DNA of 64,000 nt from Candidatus Puniceispirillum sp. (GCA_038116935.1 JAYOFA010000005.1:42208-106207), one strand, 5' to 3'; shown: positions 21,774 through 33,445, numbered from the stretch's first letter. Made by a program: numbers and translations. Notes: generated by a model from the sequence alone, not told the origin.

Positions 21774-21810
21774 ATTGCCGTTTTTCAGGCCAATATCACT
21801 GGTTTTTGGC

Positions 21811-22392
21811 ATGGTGAGGCCGGCCAACCGGCAGCAACGCGATACAGGCGACCTTGCGATACAGGGCCGCCAAGGCAAGAAGGCGAATAAGGTTTTGGTC
21901 GAAACAAAGATCGGACAAGTGATTGACGGGGCGGTAGCCGAGCTTGGATACAGGCTTGTCCGGGTACAGTTTTCGGGCGGCAAAACCGGTCGAAGCCAGT
22001 TGCAAATCATGGCCGAGCCGGTTGAAGAGCGCGAAATGACAATTGATGATTGTCAGTTGCTAAGCCGGCATATATCAGCCTTGCTCGATGTCGAGGATCC
22101 GATTGCTGATGCTTACATGCTTGAGATCAGTTCGCCGGGTATCGACCGTCCGCTGACCCGCCTTGATGATTATGTCCGGTTTTCCGGCGAGTTGGCGAAA
22201 ATACGGTTGCGGTTGATGCGCGATGGGCGCCGCCGCTTTGATGGCCGGCTGACCGGCGTGACGACAGAGGGCAAGGTTGGTCTGGAAACCAGCTTTGGCC
22301 GCTTTGAATTTGATTTTGACGCGATTGAGTCGGCACGGATCGACCCGCGCGAAATTCTTGCCCGTGGCCAAGTGGCCGAGGGTAACGGATGA
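21811..22392 (+). CDS. rimP: Ribosome maturation factor RimP
   Basis: EISSPGIDRPLTR motif, positioned directly upstream of nusA-infB. Start set at the ATG at 21811; an in-frame TTG at 21895 is an alternative. Confidence 0.85.
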   Translation: MVRPANRQQRDTGDLAIQGRQGKKANKVLVETKIGQVIDGAVAELGYRLVRVQFSGGKTGRSQLQIMAEPVEEREMTIDDCQLLSRHISALLDVEDPIADAYMLEISSPGIDRPLTRLDDYVRFSGELAKIRLRLMRDGRRRFDGRLTGVTTEGKVGLETSFGRFEFDFDAIESARIDPREILARGQVAEGNG

Positions 22393-22448
22393 ACCACGGA
22401 TGATTACATACCCCGATGATAAACGGGGTCACTGCAAGTAAAGGTAAA

Positions 22449-24017
22449 ATGATCATGGATACATCATCAATTCCCGGCCTTGAGTTGATACAGGTTGCCG
22501 ATGTTGTGGCGCGCGAAAAATCGATCGAGCGTGAGGAAGTCATGCTGGCGATGGAAGAGGCTATCCAAAAAGCCGGCCGCGCCAAATATGGCCTTGATCG
22601 TGACATTCGGGCGATGATTGACCGTAAAACCGGATCTATCAAGTTAGAGCGCTGGATCGAGGTTGTCGAAGAAGTCGAGGATGAAGCCACCCAGATGAGC
22701 GCGGCCGAAGGGGCCAAACAGACGCCGCCCTTGGCCGTTGGTGAGTTTTGGCGGCAAAGCCTGCCACCGATTGAATTTGGCCGGATCGCCGCGCAAACTG
22801 CAAAGCAGGTGATATCGCAAAAAGTCCGTGATGCCGAGCGCGCCCGCCAATATGAAGAATATAAAGATCGTGTTGGCGAGATTGTGGTTGGGACGATCAA
22901 ACGCGCTGAAAGCTATTCGATCACCGTTGATCTTGGCCGGGCCGAGGCGGTTATTCGCCGTGAGGAGATGATCCCGCGCGAAATGTTGCGTCAAGGTGAC
23001 CGGGTGCGGGCCTATATCATCGATGTTCGCGAGGAACCACGGGGCCCGCAGATTTTCCTATCGCGTGCCGCCAACGAATTTATGGCCAAGCTGTTCACCC
23101 AAGAGGTGCCGGAAATTTATGATGGCATTATCGAAATCAAGGGTGTCGCGCGTGAACCGGGGAGCCGGGCCAAGATAGCTGTGTTGTCCAAAGACCCGGG
23201 GATCGATCCGGTCGGCGCCTGCGTTGGGATGCGCGGTAGCCGGGTTCAGGCTGTCGTTGGTGAATTGCAGGGCGAAAAGGTCGAAATTATTCCCTATAGC
23301 GAGGATACCGCCACCTTTGTGGTGAATGCGCTGGCCCCGGCTGAAGTCGCTAAGGTGGTGATGGATGAGGTTGCCGGCCGGATGGAAGTCGTGGTGCCGG
23401 ATGACCAGCTAAGTCTGGCGATTGGTCGGCGTGGGCAAAATGTCCGCTTGGCCTCGCAATTGTCTGGCTGGTATATTGACGTCTTGACCGAGGCCGAGGA
23501 ATCAGAGCGCCGGCAAGAAGAATTCAAAACCCGCTCAACCCGGTTTATGGATGCCTTGAATATTGACGATGTGATTGCGCATCTGTTGGTGGCCGAAGGG
23601 TTCGTGTTCCCTGAAGAAATCGCCGAAAGCAGCCTTGACGAGCTGGCGGCCATTCAGGGCTTTGACGAAGATGTGGCGGCCGAGCTGCAAAACCGGGCCA
23701 ATGATTATGTCGAGCGTGAATCAAAGCGGATCAATGATGCGCTGGACAGCTTGAATGTGGCTGATGATTTGCGGGCTTTCGAATATATCTCGCTGGCGAT
23801 GATGTTGAAGCTGGCGGAAAATGATATCCGCACACTGGATGATCTGGCTGGCCTCGATAATGAAGAGCTTGTCGAACTGTTGGCCGAACATGGGTTGAGT
23901 GATGACACCGAAGCCGGTGATATTATCATGGCGGCACGGGCGCATTGGTTTGCCGATGATACCGATACGACTGAAAATGCCGATGCCGATCCGGCGTCAG
24001 CGGCTTCAGACAACTAG
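22449..24017 (+). CDS. nusA: Transcription termination/antitermination factor NusA
   Basis: S1/KH architecture, DPVGACVGMRGSRVQAV, acidic C-terminal repeats. The ATG at 22449 or 22455 are both possible starts. Confidence 0.95.
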   Translation: MIMDTSSIPGLELIQVADVVAREKSIEREEVMLAMEEAIQKAGRAKYGLDRDIRAMIDRKTGSIKLERWIEVVEEVEDEATQMSAAEGAKQTPPLAVGEFWRQSLPPIEFGRIAAQTAKQVISQKVRDAERARQYEEYKDRVGEIVVGTIKRAESYSITVDLGRAEAVIRREEMIPREMLRQGDRVRAYIIDVREEPRGPQIFLSRAANEFMAKLFTQEVPEIYDGIIEIKGVAREPGSRAKIAVLSKDPGIDPVGACVGMRGSRVQAVVGELQGEKVEIIPYSEDTATFVVNALAPAEVAKVVMDEVAGRMEVVVPDDQLSLAIGRRGQNVRLASQLSGWYIDVLTEAEESERRQEEFKTRSTRFMDALNIDDVIAHLLVAEGFVFPEEIAESSLDELAAIQGFDEDVAAELQNRANDYVERESKRINDALDSLNVADDLRAFEYISLAMMLKLAENDIRTLDDLAGLDNEELVELLAEHGLSDDTEAGDIIMAARAHWFADDTDTTENADADPASAASDN

Positions 24018-24037
24018 GCGATGCGAGGTCTGCCCGC

Positions 24038-24643
24038 ATGGTCGCGCGCACCTGCATTGCCACCGGGGCGGTTCTGCCGGCCTATCGGCTGATTCGCTTT
24101 GTGGCGGCGCCTGACGGGGTCGCTGTTGCCGATCTGGCCGGGCGATTGCCGGGGCGTGGGGCGTGGATCGTGGCCGAGGCTGGGGCTATTCGCGAGGCGG
24201 ATAAAAAGGGCCGCTTCCAACGCAGTCTCGGGGTTGGTCTGAAATCGGTTGAGCATGATATCGCCCTGATAGCTGCTGGCTTACGGCATCGGGTGGTCGC
24301 ATCGGCCGCATTGGCCCGCCGTGCCGGCCTGCTGCTTGGGGGCGCCGGAAAGTTGCTGGCTGAAGGGCGGTTTGCCGGATTATTGGCGGCGGATGATGCA
24401 TCACCGCGTGAACGTGACAAATTGGCAACAAAGCTGGGTGTCGATTGGGTAAGCTGTCATTTGACAGCGCGCGAGATCGGCCAGATTTGTGGACGCGACA
24501 GCATGGCATTTGCCGGTTTGCGCGACCGTGGGGCGGCTGGTGCAGCCAAAATGGCGCAAAAAGTTCATGAAGAGATCATGCGTTTGGACGGGTTTTATGC
24601 CACGGCGGGTTGTAATGACCTGCCTGACCGGTGTATCACCTAG
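24038..24643 (+). CDS. YlxR-family (DUF448) RNA-binding protein with C-terminal L7Ae-like region
   Basis: N-terminal MVARTCIATG motif. Conserved position between nusA and infB. Confidence 0.8.
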   Translation: MVARTCIATGAVLPAYRLIRFVAAPDGVAVADLAGRLPGRGAWIVAEAGAIREADKKGRFQRSLGVGLKSVEHDIALIAAGLRHRVVASAALARRAGLLLGGAGKLLAEGRFAGLLAADDASPRERDKLATKLGVDWVSCHLTAREIGQICGRDSMAFAGLRDRGAAGAAKMAQKVHEEIMRLDGFYATAGCNDLPDRCIT

Positions 24644-24706
24644 ACGGAGCGATCCGGCCAGAGTTGCGTTGATGGCGCATTGTCGGCCGGTCAGGAAAGG
24701 TTCGAG

Positions 24707-27286
24707 ATGAGTGACGATAACAGCAACACCAAAAAACTGAGCCTGTCAGGCGGGAAGCTGACGCTTGGCAATATTGATGCCAGCAAGTTGCGTGCCGGGC
24801 CAGCAGTTGGTGCTGCCCGCAAAACCGTTCAGGTCGAGGTGCGCCGTAAACGGGCACCGTCGGCTACACCGCGCCCTACGGCTCCGGTAGCAGAGCAGCC
24901 AACCGCCGCAGCGGTAGCAGAGGTCGCCCCCGCCGCACCGGTGCCGAGTGACAGTGATGATCGTCTCACCGCTGAAGAGCGCGCTGCCCGTGTCCGCGCG
25001 TTGCAAGAAGGGCTGAAAAAGCCCGCATCACCCCCGGCGTCGGAGCCGGTCGCGCCGGCGGTGTCGCCCGCAGAGGTCGCAGAAGATGGGACCAGCGGAC
25101 AGCCAGCCCCGGTTGAAGCGCCGGTCGCGCCCGCGGTTGACCTTGACCCGATTGCCGCCCGCCGTGCGGCAGAGCTTGCTGAATTGCAAGCCATTGAAGC
25201 GGATGAAGAGCGCCGCCGGTCTGAAGAATCCAAAAAACATGCCGAAGCCCAATCGGCGCGCCGGCCTGCCAGTGATGACGTCGCCCGCCGTTTTGCCGAT
25301 GCTCCCCTGTCTGAAACGCCAGTCCGCCGCCGCCGCGAGATTGAGGAAACGGTATCGCGTCGTCCGGCGCGGCGCGGCGAGCCGGGAGGTGGCCGCCGTC
25401 AGTCGGGTAAAATGACCATCACCCAAGCCTTGTCAGGTGATGATAGCCGGCGGCAACGCTCGCTAGCGTCGGTCAAGCGCCAGCGTGAACGGGCGCGGAT
25501 GCGCGAAGACCAGCCACAAGTCAAACAGGTTCGTGATGTGACCATTCCGGACAGCATTTCGGTTAGTGAATTTGCCAACCGCATGGCCGAACGGACGGCG
25601 GATGTGGTCAAGGAATTGATGAAGCTGGGCGTTATGGCGACGGCGACACAGATGATTGACGGCGAAACGGCTGAACTGGTGGCGGGTGAATTTGGCCATA
25701 AGGTCCAGCGCGTTTCGGAATCGGATATTGAAATCGGCCTCGGTGGGGAAGATGATGCGCCGGAAAGCCTGAAGCCGCGCCCACCGGTGGTAACTGTAAT
25801 GGGCCATGTTGATCATGGTAAAACCAGCCTTCTTGATGCTATTCGGCGTACCGACGTGGCTGCCGGTGAGTCGGGTGGCATCACCCAGCATATCGGTGCC
25901 TATCAGATTAAAACCCAAGCTGGTAATCTGATCACCTTTATCGATACACCTGGCCATGAGGCATTTACCGAAATGCGGTCACGCGGGGCCAACATCACCG
26001 ATATTGTGGTGTTGGTTGTTGCCGCCGACGATTCGGTCATGGCGCAAACGATCGAGGCCATCAACCATGCCCGGGCAGCCGGTTGTCCGACGATCATTGC
26101 GGTTAATAAATGTGACAAACCCGATGCCGATCCGTCACGGGTGCGTAGTGATTTGTTGCAGCATGAAATTATCACCGAAGATTTTGGTGGTGACGTGCTG
26201 TGTGTCGATGTATCGGCATTGACTGGCATGGGCCTCGACAAGCTGGAAGAAGCTATCATGTTGCAGGCCGAATTGCTGGAACTGAAAGCCAATCCAGACC
26301 GGCCGGCCGAGGGCATAGTTGTTGAATCAAAGGTTGAACGCGGCAAAGGGTCGGTTGCCACCTTGCTTGTGCAGCGCGGCACCCTCAAAACCGGCGATAT
26401 TTTTGTGATCGGGTCGGAAAGTGGCCGGGTCCGCGCCCTGCTTGATGATCGTGGCACCAAATTGTCGTCGGCTGGTCCTGGACAGCCGGTTGAAATCTTG
26501 GGACTGAATGGTACGCCGATGGCTGGTGATCCATGTGTGGTTGTCGAAACCGAGGCCAGAGCGCGGGAAATTGCCGAGTACCGCACCCGGGTCAAGCGTG
26601 ACCGTGAGGCGACACGAGGCGCGCGTGGATCGGTTGAACAAATGCTGTCGGCGATTGCCGCCGGCGAGGCCGAGGAGCTACCGGTCGTGATCAAGACCGA
26701 TGTGCATGGATCGCTTGAAGCCATTCGTGTAGCGCTGGAAAAACTGGGCACTGAACAGGTCAAGGTGCGAATCCTGTCGGCCGGTGTCGGCGCGCTTAGC
26801 GAATCTGACATCAGCCTTGCTACCGCCTCAAGCGCGCTTGTTATCGGCTTTAATGTTCGGGCGATCCCGCAGGCGCGTGACCTTGCCAAACGTGACGGGG
26901 TCGATATCCGCTATCACTCGATCATTTACGAACTGATTGATGAAGTAAAACAGGCGATGGGTGGCTTGCTGAGTCCAGACCATCAAGAAGATTTCATCGG
27001 CTATGCGGAAATCCGTCAGGTGTTTGGTGTGTCCAAGGTCGGCAAGGTGGCTGGCTGTATGGTAACCGAAGGGGTAATCAAACGCGGCTGCAAGGTGCGT
27101 TTGCTCCGCGATAATGTGGTTATCCATGAAGGGTCACTCAAAACGCTGAAGCGGTTCAAGGATGAAGTGCGTGAAGTGCGCGAATCATTTGAATGCGGCA
27201 TGGCGTTCGAGAATTATTCGGACATTCAAGAAGGCGATTTGATCGAATGTTTCGAAATTCGTGAGGTTGCCCGTACGCTCGACTAG
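24707..27286 (+). CDS. infB: Translation initiation factor IF-2
   Basis: G-domain [36 protein letters not shown], and an Ala/Pro/Glu-rich N-terminal region. The ATG at 24707 is preceded by AGGAAAGG; the track ORF begins at 24680. Confidence 0.96.
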   Translation: MSDDNSNTKKLSLSGGKLTLGNIDASKLRAGPAVGAARKTVQVEVRRKRAPSATPRPTAPVAEQPTAAAVAEVAPAAPVPSDSDDRLTAEERAARVRALQEGLKKPASPPASEPVAPAVSPAEVAEDGTSGQPAPVEAPVAPAVDLDPIAARRAAELAELQAIEADEERRRSEESKKHAEAQSARRPASDDVARRFADAPLSETPVRRRREIEETVSRRPARRGEPGGGRRQSGKMTITQALSGDDSRRQRSLASVKRQRERARMREDQPQVKQVRDVTIPDSISVSEFANRMAERTADVVKELMKLGVMATATQMIDGETAELVAGEFGHKVQRVSESDIEIGLGGEDDAPESLKPRPPVVTVMGHVDHGKTSLLDAIRRTDVAAGESGGITQHIGAYQIKTQAGNLITFIDTPGHEAFTEMRSRGANITDIVVLVVAADDSVMAQTIEAINHARAAGCPTIIAVNKCDKPDADPSRVRSDLLQHEIITEDFGGDVLCVDVSALTGMGLDKLEEAIMLQAELLELKANPDRPAEGIVVESKVERGKGSVATLLVQRGTLKTGDIFVIGSESGRVRALLDDRGTKLSSAGPGQPVEILGLNGTPMAGDPCVVVETEARAREIAEYRTRVKRDREATRGARGSVEQMLSAIAAGEAEELPVVIKTDVHGSLEAIRVALEKLGTEQVKVRILSAGVGALSESDISLATASSALVIGFNVRAIPQARDLAKRDGVDIRYHSIIYELIDEVKQAMGGLLSPDHQEDFIGYAEIRQVFGVSKVGKVAGCMVTEGVIKRGCKVRLLRDNVVIHEGSLKTLKRFKDEVREVRESFECGMAFENYSDIQEGDLIECFEIREVARTLD

Positions 27287-27404
27287 GCAGGCGAACGCAA
27301 CAGGCGCGCCAGCTTGACCCCAGCTTTGACTGGGGTTCAGGTGCCGCTGTCTGATGCAGAATGCCATAGAAATGTTATCGGTCTGTTGCAGAGGTTTTCG
27401 TGAT

Positions 27405-27794
27405 ATGTCGTCCAAGTCGCGCCGCGCCAACAATCCAAAAGGACCAAGCCAGCGTCAACTTCGGGTTGCCGAAGCGTTGCGCCACGCCCTGTCCGAAATC
27501 CTGATGCGCGAGGATTTTTTTGATCCTGATCTGGCGAATATATCGATCACCATATCGGAAATATCAATCAGCCCGGATCTTACCAATGCGCGTGTCTATA
27601 CGATGCCGCTTGGCGGGGTGCAGGTGGAAACCGTTTTGCCAGCACTTAATCGGCTGGCGCCGGTTATCCAGTCCTTGGTCGCCAAAAAGGTACATTTGCG
27701 CCGGGTGCCGCGCTTGCGGTTTTTGCTTGATGACAGTTTTGACAATGCGGCGCGGATGAACGCCTTGTTCAACGCGATCCGCGAGGAGCGCTGA
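27405..27794 (+). CDS. rbfA: Ribosome-binding factor A
   Basis: SQRQLRVAEALRHALSEIL motif, 129 aa from the ATG at 27405. infB-rbfA-truB order. Confidence 0.9.
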   Translation: MSSKSRRANNPKGPSQRQLRVAEALRHALSEILMREDFFDPDLANISITISEISISPDLTNARVYTMPLGGVQVETVLPALNRLAPVIQSLVAKKVHLRRVPRLRFLLDDSFDNAARMNALFNAIREER

Positions 27795-27798
27795 CACT

Positions 27799-28731
27799 AT
27801 GGCCCGCCGCCGTGGCCAGCCGGTGCATGGCTGGGTCAATCTTGACAAGCCCAAAGGGATCAGCTCGGCAAAGGCGGTGGCTATTGTGCGCCGCGTTTTC
27901 GACGCCGCCAAGGCCGGACATGGTGGCACCCTTGACCCTTTGGCAAGCGGCATTTTGCCGATCGCTCTTGGCGAGGCGACAAAAACCGCTAGCTTTGCGA
28001 TGGGGCGCCCGAAAAGCTATGAATTTACCCTGGCTTGGGGCGCGGAAACCAGCACCGACGATGCCGAGGGTGAGGTAACCCACCAGTCTGACAAGCGGCC
28101 CGTTGATGCCGAAATTGACGCTGCGCTGCCTAGGTTTGTTGGCGAGATTGATCAGGTGCCACCAGTCTACTCGGCGATCAAGGTTGACGGGCGGCGGGCC
28201 TATGACGTTGCGCGCCGGGCATCATCGCATGATGATGTGCCAGCCTTGACCCCGCGCCAAATCCGGATTGATGCATTCCGGCGTATTGACTCAGCGCCTG
28301 ATCACGCACGGTTTTTTGTTGCCTGCGGCAAAGGTGCCTATATCAGGGCCTTGGCACGAGACCTTGGCCGCGCCCTTGGCACCGCCGCCCATGTGACCGA
28401 CCTGCGGCGCTTGTCGGTTGGCAATTTTCACGCCGATCGTGCGATTTCGCTGGATTTTTTGGAAAGCCTGCCGCATAGTGCCGCCGCTTTCGAGCATTTG
28501 CACCCGGTGACGAGTGCGCTGGACGACATCCCGGCGTTACCCGTTACTGATACCGAGGCAGCAAAATTGCGGCATGGCCAGAGCATTGCGGCCATCAGCC
28601 CATCGGCACAGCAGCGTTTCAGTGCGCTGCAAAAGGGGGCAACCGGCATCGCCATGAATGGTGATCAACCGGTGGCACTGGTGGCGATCAAGGCTGGCGC
28701 GGTTTGCCCGGTTCGGGTGTTGAACCTATAG
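27799..28731 (+). CDS. truB: tRNA pseudouridine(55) synthase
   Basis: Catalytic Asp motif KAGHGGTLDPLASGILPI. Confidence 0.94.
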   Translation: MARRRGQPVHGWVNLDKPKGISSAKAVAIVRRVFDAAKAGHGGTLDPLASGILPIALGEATKTASFAMGRPKSYEFTLAWGAETSTDDAEGEVTHQSDKRPVDAEIDAALPRFVGEIDQVPPVYSAIKVDGRRAYDVARRASSHDDVPALTPRQIRIDAFRRIDSAPDHARFFVACGKGAYIRALARDLGRALGTAAHVTDLRRLSVGNFHADRAISLDFLESLPHSAAAFEHLHPVTSALDDIPALPVTDTEAAKLRHGQSIAAISPSAQQRFSALQKGATGIAMNGDQPVALVAIKAGAVCPVRVLNL

Positions 28732-28758
28732 CAGAAAACCCGTTTGAAGGAGGTTTTG

Positions 28759-29028
28759 ATGTCGATTACACAGGAACGTAAAGCTGAATTGATTAAAGAA
28801 TTTGGCAAGGACGAAAAAGATTCAGGGTCAGCCGCCGTGCAGGTTGCGATCTTGTCAGAGCGCATCCGCAATCTGACCGAGCATCTGAAAACGCATAAAA
28901 AGGATTTCGGATCACGCCGTGGTTTGCTGACCATGGTTGGCCAGCGCCGTAGTCTTCTCGACTATATTAAGGCCGGCAACCAAGACACCTATAAAGCACT
29001 GATTGAAAAGCTGGGTCTGCGTCGCTAA
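28759..29028 (+). CDS. rpsO: 30S ribosomal protein S15
   Basis: [16 protein letters not shown].., 89 aa. GAAGGAGG lies upstream of the ATG at 28759. Confidence 0.96.
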   Translation: MSITQERKAELIKEFGKDEKDSGSAAVQVAILSERIRNLTEHLKTHKKDFGSRRGLLTMVGQRRSLLDYIKAGNQDTYKALIEKLGLRR

Positions 29029-29047
29029 CGCGGATATCGGCATAACA

Positions 29048-29077
29048 GCTATTGACGCCGCCCCGGCCCTTTGGCCG
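29048..29077 (+). terminator. Rho-independent terminator after rpsO
   Basis: Perfect 11-bp stem CCGCCCCGGCC / GGCCGGGGCGG with loop CTTT, followed by TTTT. Confidence 0.85.
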
Positions 29078-29266
29078 GGGCGGTTTTGCGTCTTGGCAAA
29101 ATTATTTGCATTTTTTGATGGGCCGTGCGAGAAAGGCGCGAGACAAAAGGGAAATAGATTATACGGGCACAAATTGCCGACCGAGGATGCCCCCGGCAAT
29201 CAGTCGCAGACAGAGCGCTGATCAAACGAGACAACCTTCTTAAAATCCAAGACTCCCTTGTCCTGA

Positions 29267-29300
29267 CGACAGATATCAATGCGATATCTGTTGTATTTTT
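29267..29300 (+). promoter_or_regulatory. Terminator-like hairpin in the pnp 5' leader (candidate attenuator / RNase III-type processing site)
   Basis: 11-bp stem CGACAGATATC / GATATCTGTTG (one G-U pair), loop AATGC, then TATTTTT. It ends 57 nt before the pnp ATG. Confidence 0.5.
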
Positions 29301-29356
29301 GCTGTTCGGGTGCCGGATCGCTGGTGACCGTGATGATATGAAAGAGACAAAACAAT

Positions 29357-31480
29357 ATGTTCAAAATATTCCGTAAAGAATTGGAATGGGGCAACACCAA
29401 GCTGGGGATGGAAACCGGTAAGGTTGCTAGACAGGCTGATGGTGCTGTTATGGTCAGCCTTGGTGAGACACGCGTGCTGTGTACAGCGGTTGCCGCACAT
29501 AGCCCAAAGCCAGGTCAGGATTTCTTTCCGCTGACTGTTAATTATCAGGAAAAAGCCTTTGCCGCTGGTAAAATCCCTGGTGGTTTTTTCAAGCGTGAAG
29601 GCCGTCCATCAGAAAATGAAACCTTGGTATCGCGGTTGATTGACCGGCCGATCCGTCCGCTGTTTCCCAAAGGGTTCAAATGTGAAACCCAAGTTATTTG
29701 TACGGTGCTTGCCCATGATATGGAAAATAACCCCGATATCGCGGCCTTGGTTGGCGCATCGGCGGCCTTGACCCTGTCTGGGGTTCCGTTTTTTGGCCCC
29801 ATTGGGGCGGCGCGTGTTGGCTGGATAGACGGGGCCTATGTGCTGAACCCGACGGTTGAACAAATGGAACAGAGCGATCTGGATCTGGTTGTTGCCGGGA
29901 CGCATGAAGGCGTTTTGATGGTCGAATCTGAAGCCAAAGAACTGTCGGAAGAGATTATGCTTGGTGCGGTGAATTTTGGTCATGATGCGATCAAGCCGGT
30001 AATCGATGCGATTATCGAACTGGCTGAGTCATGCGCCAAAGAGCCCCGCGCCCTGCCTGAAGAGCCAGCCGAAGTGGCCGATATCAACAAGGTTCTTGCC
30101 GGCTTTGACAAGGATTTTGACAAGGCTTACAAGATCGCCGACAAAACGGCCCGTCAAGCGGCGGTTGGTGAGGTGCGCCAAAAGATCAAGGACCAGCTTG
30201 GCGACGATTATGATGGTGTTCTTGTCGGTGGCCTGATCAAGGAAAAGGAAGCCGATGTCGTTCGCGGTGCCATTTTGAAAACGGGCAGCCGGATCGATGG
30301 CCGCGACACCAAGACCGTGCGGCAAATCGTTGCCGAGGCCGGGTTCCTGCCGCGGGCCCATGGATCGGCACTTTTCACGCGTGGCGAGACACAGGCGATG
30401 GTTGTGGCTACGCTTGGTACCGGTCAGGATGAGCAGATCATCGACGCGCTGGTTGGCGAAAGCCGGTCCAGCTTTATGCTGCATTACAATTTCCCGCCTT
30501 ATTCGGTTGGCGAGGCTGGTCGTATCGGCTCGCCAGGCCGCCGCGAAATTGGTCATGGCAAGCTGGCGTGGCGGGCGTTGAACCCCTTGCTGCCGGCCAA
30601 GGACGAATTCCCCTATACGATCCGGCTGGTTTCCGAGATCACCGAATCGAACGGGTCCTCATCGATGGCTACCGTGTGCGGTAGTTCGTTGGCGCTGATG
30701 GATGCCGGGGTGCCGCTGAAACGCCCGGTGGCTGGTATTGCCATGGGCCTGATCAAGGAAGGTGACGAATTTGCTGTGTTGTCAGATATTCTTGGCGATG
30801 AAGATCATCTTGGCGACATGGACTTTAAGGTGGCAGGTACGGAAGCGGGTGTAACCTCGTTGCAGATGGATATCAAAATCACCTCGATCACCCCGGAAAT
30901 CATGGAAATCGCCCTTGATCAAGCGCGTGATGGCCGCATTCATATCCTGAATGAGATGGGCAAGGCCCTGACGTCGGCGCGTGATGATTTGGCCGACAGT
31001 GCGCCTAAAATCACCACACTGAAAATCCCGGTCGATAAAATTCGCGATATTATCGGCCCAGGTGGTAAGATTATCCGCGAGATTTGCGAGGAAACCGGTG
31101 CGAAAATTGACATTGAGGATGACGGCACTGTCAAGGTGGCGGCGGTGTCCGGCTCATCGGGCGAAGCGGCGGTAAAGCGGATCCGTGATATTGTCGCCGA
31201 ACCTGAACTTGGCGTGATCTACAATGGCACGGTTGTCAAAACGGTTGATTTTGGTGCCTTTGTCAATTTCCTTGGCGCCAAGGACGGCCTTGTTCATATC
31301 TCTGAACTGCAAAATGGTCGGACCGAAAAAACCACCGATATCTGTAAAGAAGGTGACACCGTCAAGGTCAAGGTGATCGGCTTTGATGATCGTGGCAAGG
31401 TCAAGCTGTCGATGAAGCGGGTTGATCAGGATACCGGTGCCGACCTCGAAGCAACCGAGGCGGCTGACGCCGACGCGTGA
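29357..31480 (+). CDS. pnp: Polyribonucleotide nucleotidyltransferase (PNPase)
   Basis: Two RNase PH domains ([35 protein letters not shown]) plus KH and S1 C-terminal domains, 707 aa. Confidence 0.97.
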   Translation: MFKIFRKELEWGNTKLGMETGKVARQADGAVMVSLGETRVLCTAVAAHSPKPGQDFFPLTVNYQEKAFAAGKIPGGFFKREGRPSENETLVSRLIDRPIRPLFPKGFKCETQVICTVLAHDMENNPDIAALVGASAALTLSGVPFFGPIGAARVGWIDGAYVLNPTVEQMEQSDLDLVVAGTHEGVLMVESEAKELSEEIMLGAVNFGHDAIKPVIDAIIELAESCAKEPRALPEEPAEVADINKVLAGFDKDFDKAYKIADKTARQAAVGEVRQKIKDQLGDDYDGVLVGGLIKEKEADVVRGAILKTGSRIDGRDTKTVRQIVAEAGFLPRAHGSALFTRGETQAMVVATLGTGQDEQIIDALVGESRSSFMLHYNFPPYSVGEAGRIGSPGRREIGHGKLAWRALNPLLPAKDEFPYTIRLVSEITESNGSSSMATVCGSSLALMDAGVPLKRPVAGIAMGLIKEGDEFAVLSDILGDEDHLGDMDFKVAGTEAGVTSLQMDIKITSITPEIMEIALDQARDGRIHILNEMGKALTSARDDLADSAPKITTLKIPVDKIRDIIGPGGKIIREICEETGAKIDIEDDGTVKVAAVSGSSGEAAVKRIRDIVAEPELGVIYNGTVVKTVDFGAFVNFLGAKDGLVHISELQNGRTEKTTDICKEGDTVKVKVIGFDDRGKVKLSMKRVDQDTGADLEATEAADADA

Positions 31481-31500
31481 TCATGCTGACGGTATAAAGC

Positions 31501-31536
31501 AAAAAAGGCGGCATCGATTGCGGGGCCACCTTTTTT
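31501..31536 (+). terminator. Possible weak, bidirectional-looking terminator after pnp
   Basis: AAAAAA-GGCGGC..GCCACC-TTTTTT. The stem has one C/A mismatch and a 12-nt loop, so it is only moderately convincing. Confidence 0.35.
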
Positions 31537-31618
31537 AATCGGTGCGTATCAAAGGCCGTTTTGGTCGGTTTGCAAAGCCGTGGCAGCTGTGCCAAAAGAC
31601 CTCAAAAAGGATGACAAG

Positions 31619-32602
31619 ATGGCAAAGCAAAAGGTTGTTCTGGTAACCGGCGGTGCCGGCTATATCGGCAGTCATATGGTTCTTGCATTGCGTGATGCTG
31701 GGTATCAGCCGGTTATTCTCGATGATTTTTCAACCGGACACCGCCGTTTGGTGCCGGATGGGGTTCCTGTGGTCGAAGGCAATGTTGGCGACGTCACGGT
31801 CACCGGCAAGCTGTTTGATGAATTTGCCGTTGAGGCGGTGGCGCATTTCGCCGCATCGATCGTGGTGCCTGAATCGGTGCGTGATCCGGTCAAATATTAT
31901 TTGAACAACACGGTTAGCACGGCACGGTTCATTGCCGCTTGTTGTAAGGCGAGGGTCCGGCATTTCATTTTTTCGTCAACCGCGGCGGTTTATGGCACTC
32001 AGGATGTCAGCCCGATTGCTGAAAACGCATCGTTGCGCCCGGAAAATCCCTATGGACACTCAAAGATCATGTCTGAACAGATTTTGCGAGACACCGCCGC
32101 GGCACATGATCTGTCTTATGTGATTTTGCGCTATTTCAATGTGGCTGGCGCCGACCCGGCTGGCCGGGCCGGACAATTGTCACAGCCGGCAACACATCTG
32201 ATCAAAATTGCCGTCGAGGCGGCCTGTGGCAAACGCCAAGGGCTTGATATTTTTGGCACGGATTATCCAACCGCGGATGGCACCTGTATCCGTGATTATA
32301 TCCATATTGCTGATTTGATCGCGGCGCATATGCGCGCCCTCGCGCATCTTTTGGCGGGTGGTACATCACTTGTTGCCAATTGCGGCTATGGGCATGGCGC
32401 ATCGGTGCGCGATGTTGTCGCGGCGGTGGAAAAGGTGGCCGGTTTGTCGCTTGGCGCCCGCGAAAGTGGCCGGCGTGCTGGTGATGCGGCGGTTTTAGTG
32501 GCCGATTCAACCCATCTTCGGCAGGCTTTGGGCTGGCAACCACAACATGACGACCTGGAACAGATTATTGCCGATGCGCTGGCGTGGGAGCGCGCGATCT
32601 AG
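31619..32602 (+). CDS. galE: UDP-glucose 4-epimerase
   Basis: Rossmann VLVTGGAGYIGSH and catalytic YGHSKIM. The ATG at 31619 is preceded by AAGGA. Confidence 0.9.
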   Translation: MAKQKVVLVTGGAGYIGSHMVLALRDAGYQPVILDDFSTGHRRLVPDGVPVVEGNVGDVTVTGKLFDEFAVEAVAHFAASIVVPESVRDPVKYYLNNTVSTARFIAACCKARVRHFIFSSTAAVYGTQDVSPIAENASLRPENPYGHSKIMSEQILRDTAAAHDLSYVILRYFNVAGADPAGRAGQLSQPATHLIKIAVEAACGKRQGLDIFGTDYPTADGTCIRDYIHIADLIAAHMRALAHLLAGGTSLVANCGYGHGASVRDVVAAVEKVAGLSLGARESGRRAGDAAVLVADSTHLRQALGWQPQHDDLEQIIADALAWERAI

Positions 32603-32653
32603 CCCCCAAGTCAAGGCCCGGATGAGGGTGGCTGGATCTGCTGTGATATAGCC

Positions 32654-33445
32654 CTAGTCGTGATCGCGTGGAATGCCAACGCTGTTAAAGCCACCATCGA
32701 CAAAATGCACCTCGCCGGTAACGCCTGACGACAGGTCCGACACCAGATAAAGGCCGGCCCGTCCGACCTCGTCAAGACCGGGGTTGCGCCGTAAGGGTGC
32801 GTTTTCTTCAGCATGGCGGAAAATATGGCGGGCCCCGGTGATAGCCGCGCCAGCAAGGGTGCGCATCGGTCCGGCAGAAATCGCGTTAACACGGATCGAT
32901 TCGCCCCCCAGATCGACCGCCAGATAGCGCACAGATGCCTCTAGCGCGGCCTTGGCCACGCCCATCACATTGTAATTTGGCGTACTGCGCTGCGCGCCCA
33001 GAAAACTCAAGGTCAACAAAGCGCCGCCATCGGGCATCATTTTGCGGGCGGCACGGGCAACCTCGGTAAAGCTATAGGCAGATATCATCATGGTGGTGGC
33101 GAAATTGTCTCGGCTGGTATCAAGATACGCGCCTTTCAATTCCGCCTTGTCGGAAAATGCCAACGCATGCACGACAAAATCGATGGTTGGCCAGTGGCCA
33201 GCCAGCTTGTCAAAACAGGCCTCGACCGATCCGGGTTTGGCCACGTCGCATTCGATCATGATTGTGCTGCCAATCGATTCAGCCAAGGGTGCGAGCCGTT
33301 TGCCAAACCCTTCCATCTGATACGAAAAGGCAATCTCGGCGCCTTGTGCCGCTGCCGCCGCGGCGATGCCCCACGCAATCGATTTCTCGTTCGCCACCCC
33401 CATCACCAGGCCGCGTTTGCCGGCCATCAGATTGCCGCGTTGCAT
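32654..33445 (-). CDS. fabI: Enoyl-[acyl-carrier-protein] reductase (NADH) FabI
   Basis: LVMGVANEKSIAWGIA N-terminal motif, SDR fold. Start trimmed to the ATG at 33445 (MQRGNLMAGKRGLV), 4 nt after the fabB stop. Confidence 0.92.
   Translation of the reverse strand: MQRGNLMAGKRGLVMGVANEKSIAWGIAAAAAAQGAEIAFSYQMEGFGKRLAPLAESIGSTIMIECDVAKPGSVEACFDKLAGHWPTIDFVVHALAFSDKAELKGAYLDTSRDNFATTMMISAYSFTEVARAARKMMPDGGALLTLSFLGAQRSTPNYNVMGVAKAALEASVRYLAVDLGGESIRVNAISAGPMRTLAGAAITGARHIFRHAEENAPLRRNPGLDEVGRAGLYLVSDLSSGVTGEVHFVDGGFNSVGIPRDHD

Noticed and set aside
25903-26889. 328-aa ORF antisense to infB
   Set aside because: A Ser/Ala/Arg-rich shadow of the IF-2 G-domain region. infB motifs on the plus strand are unambiguous.
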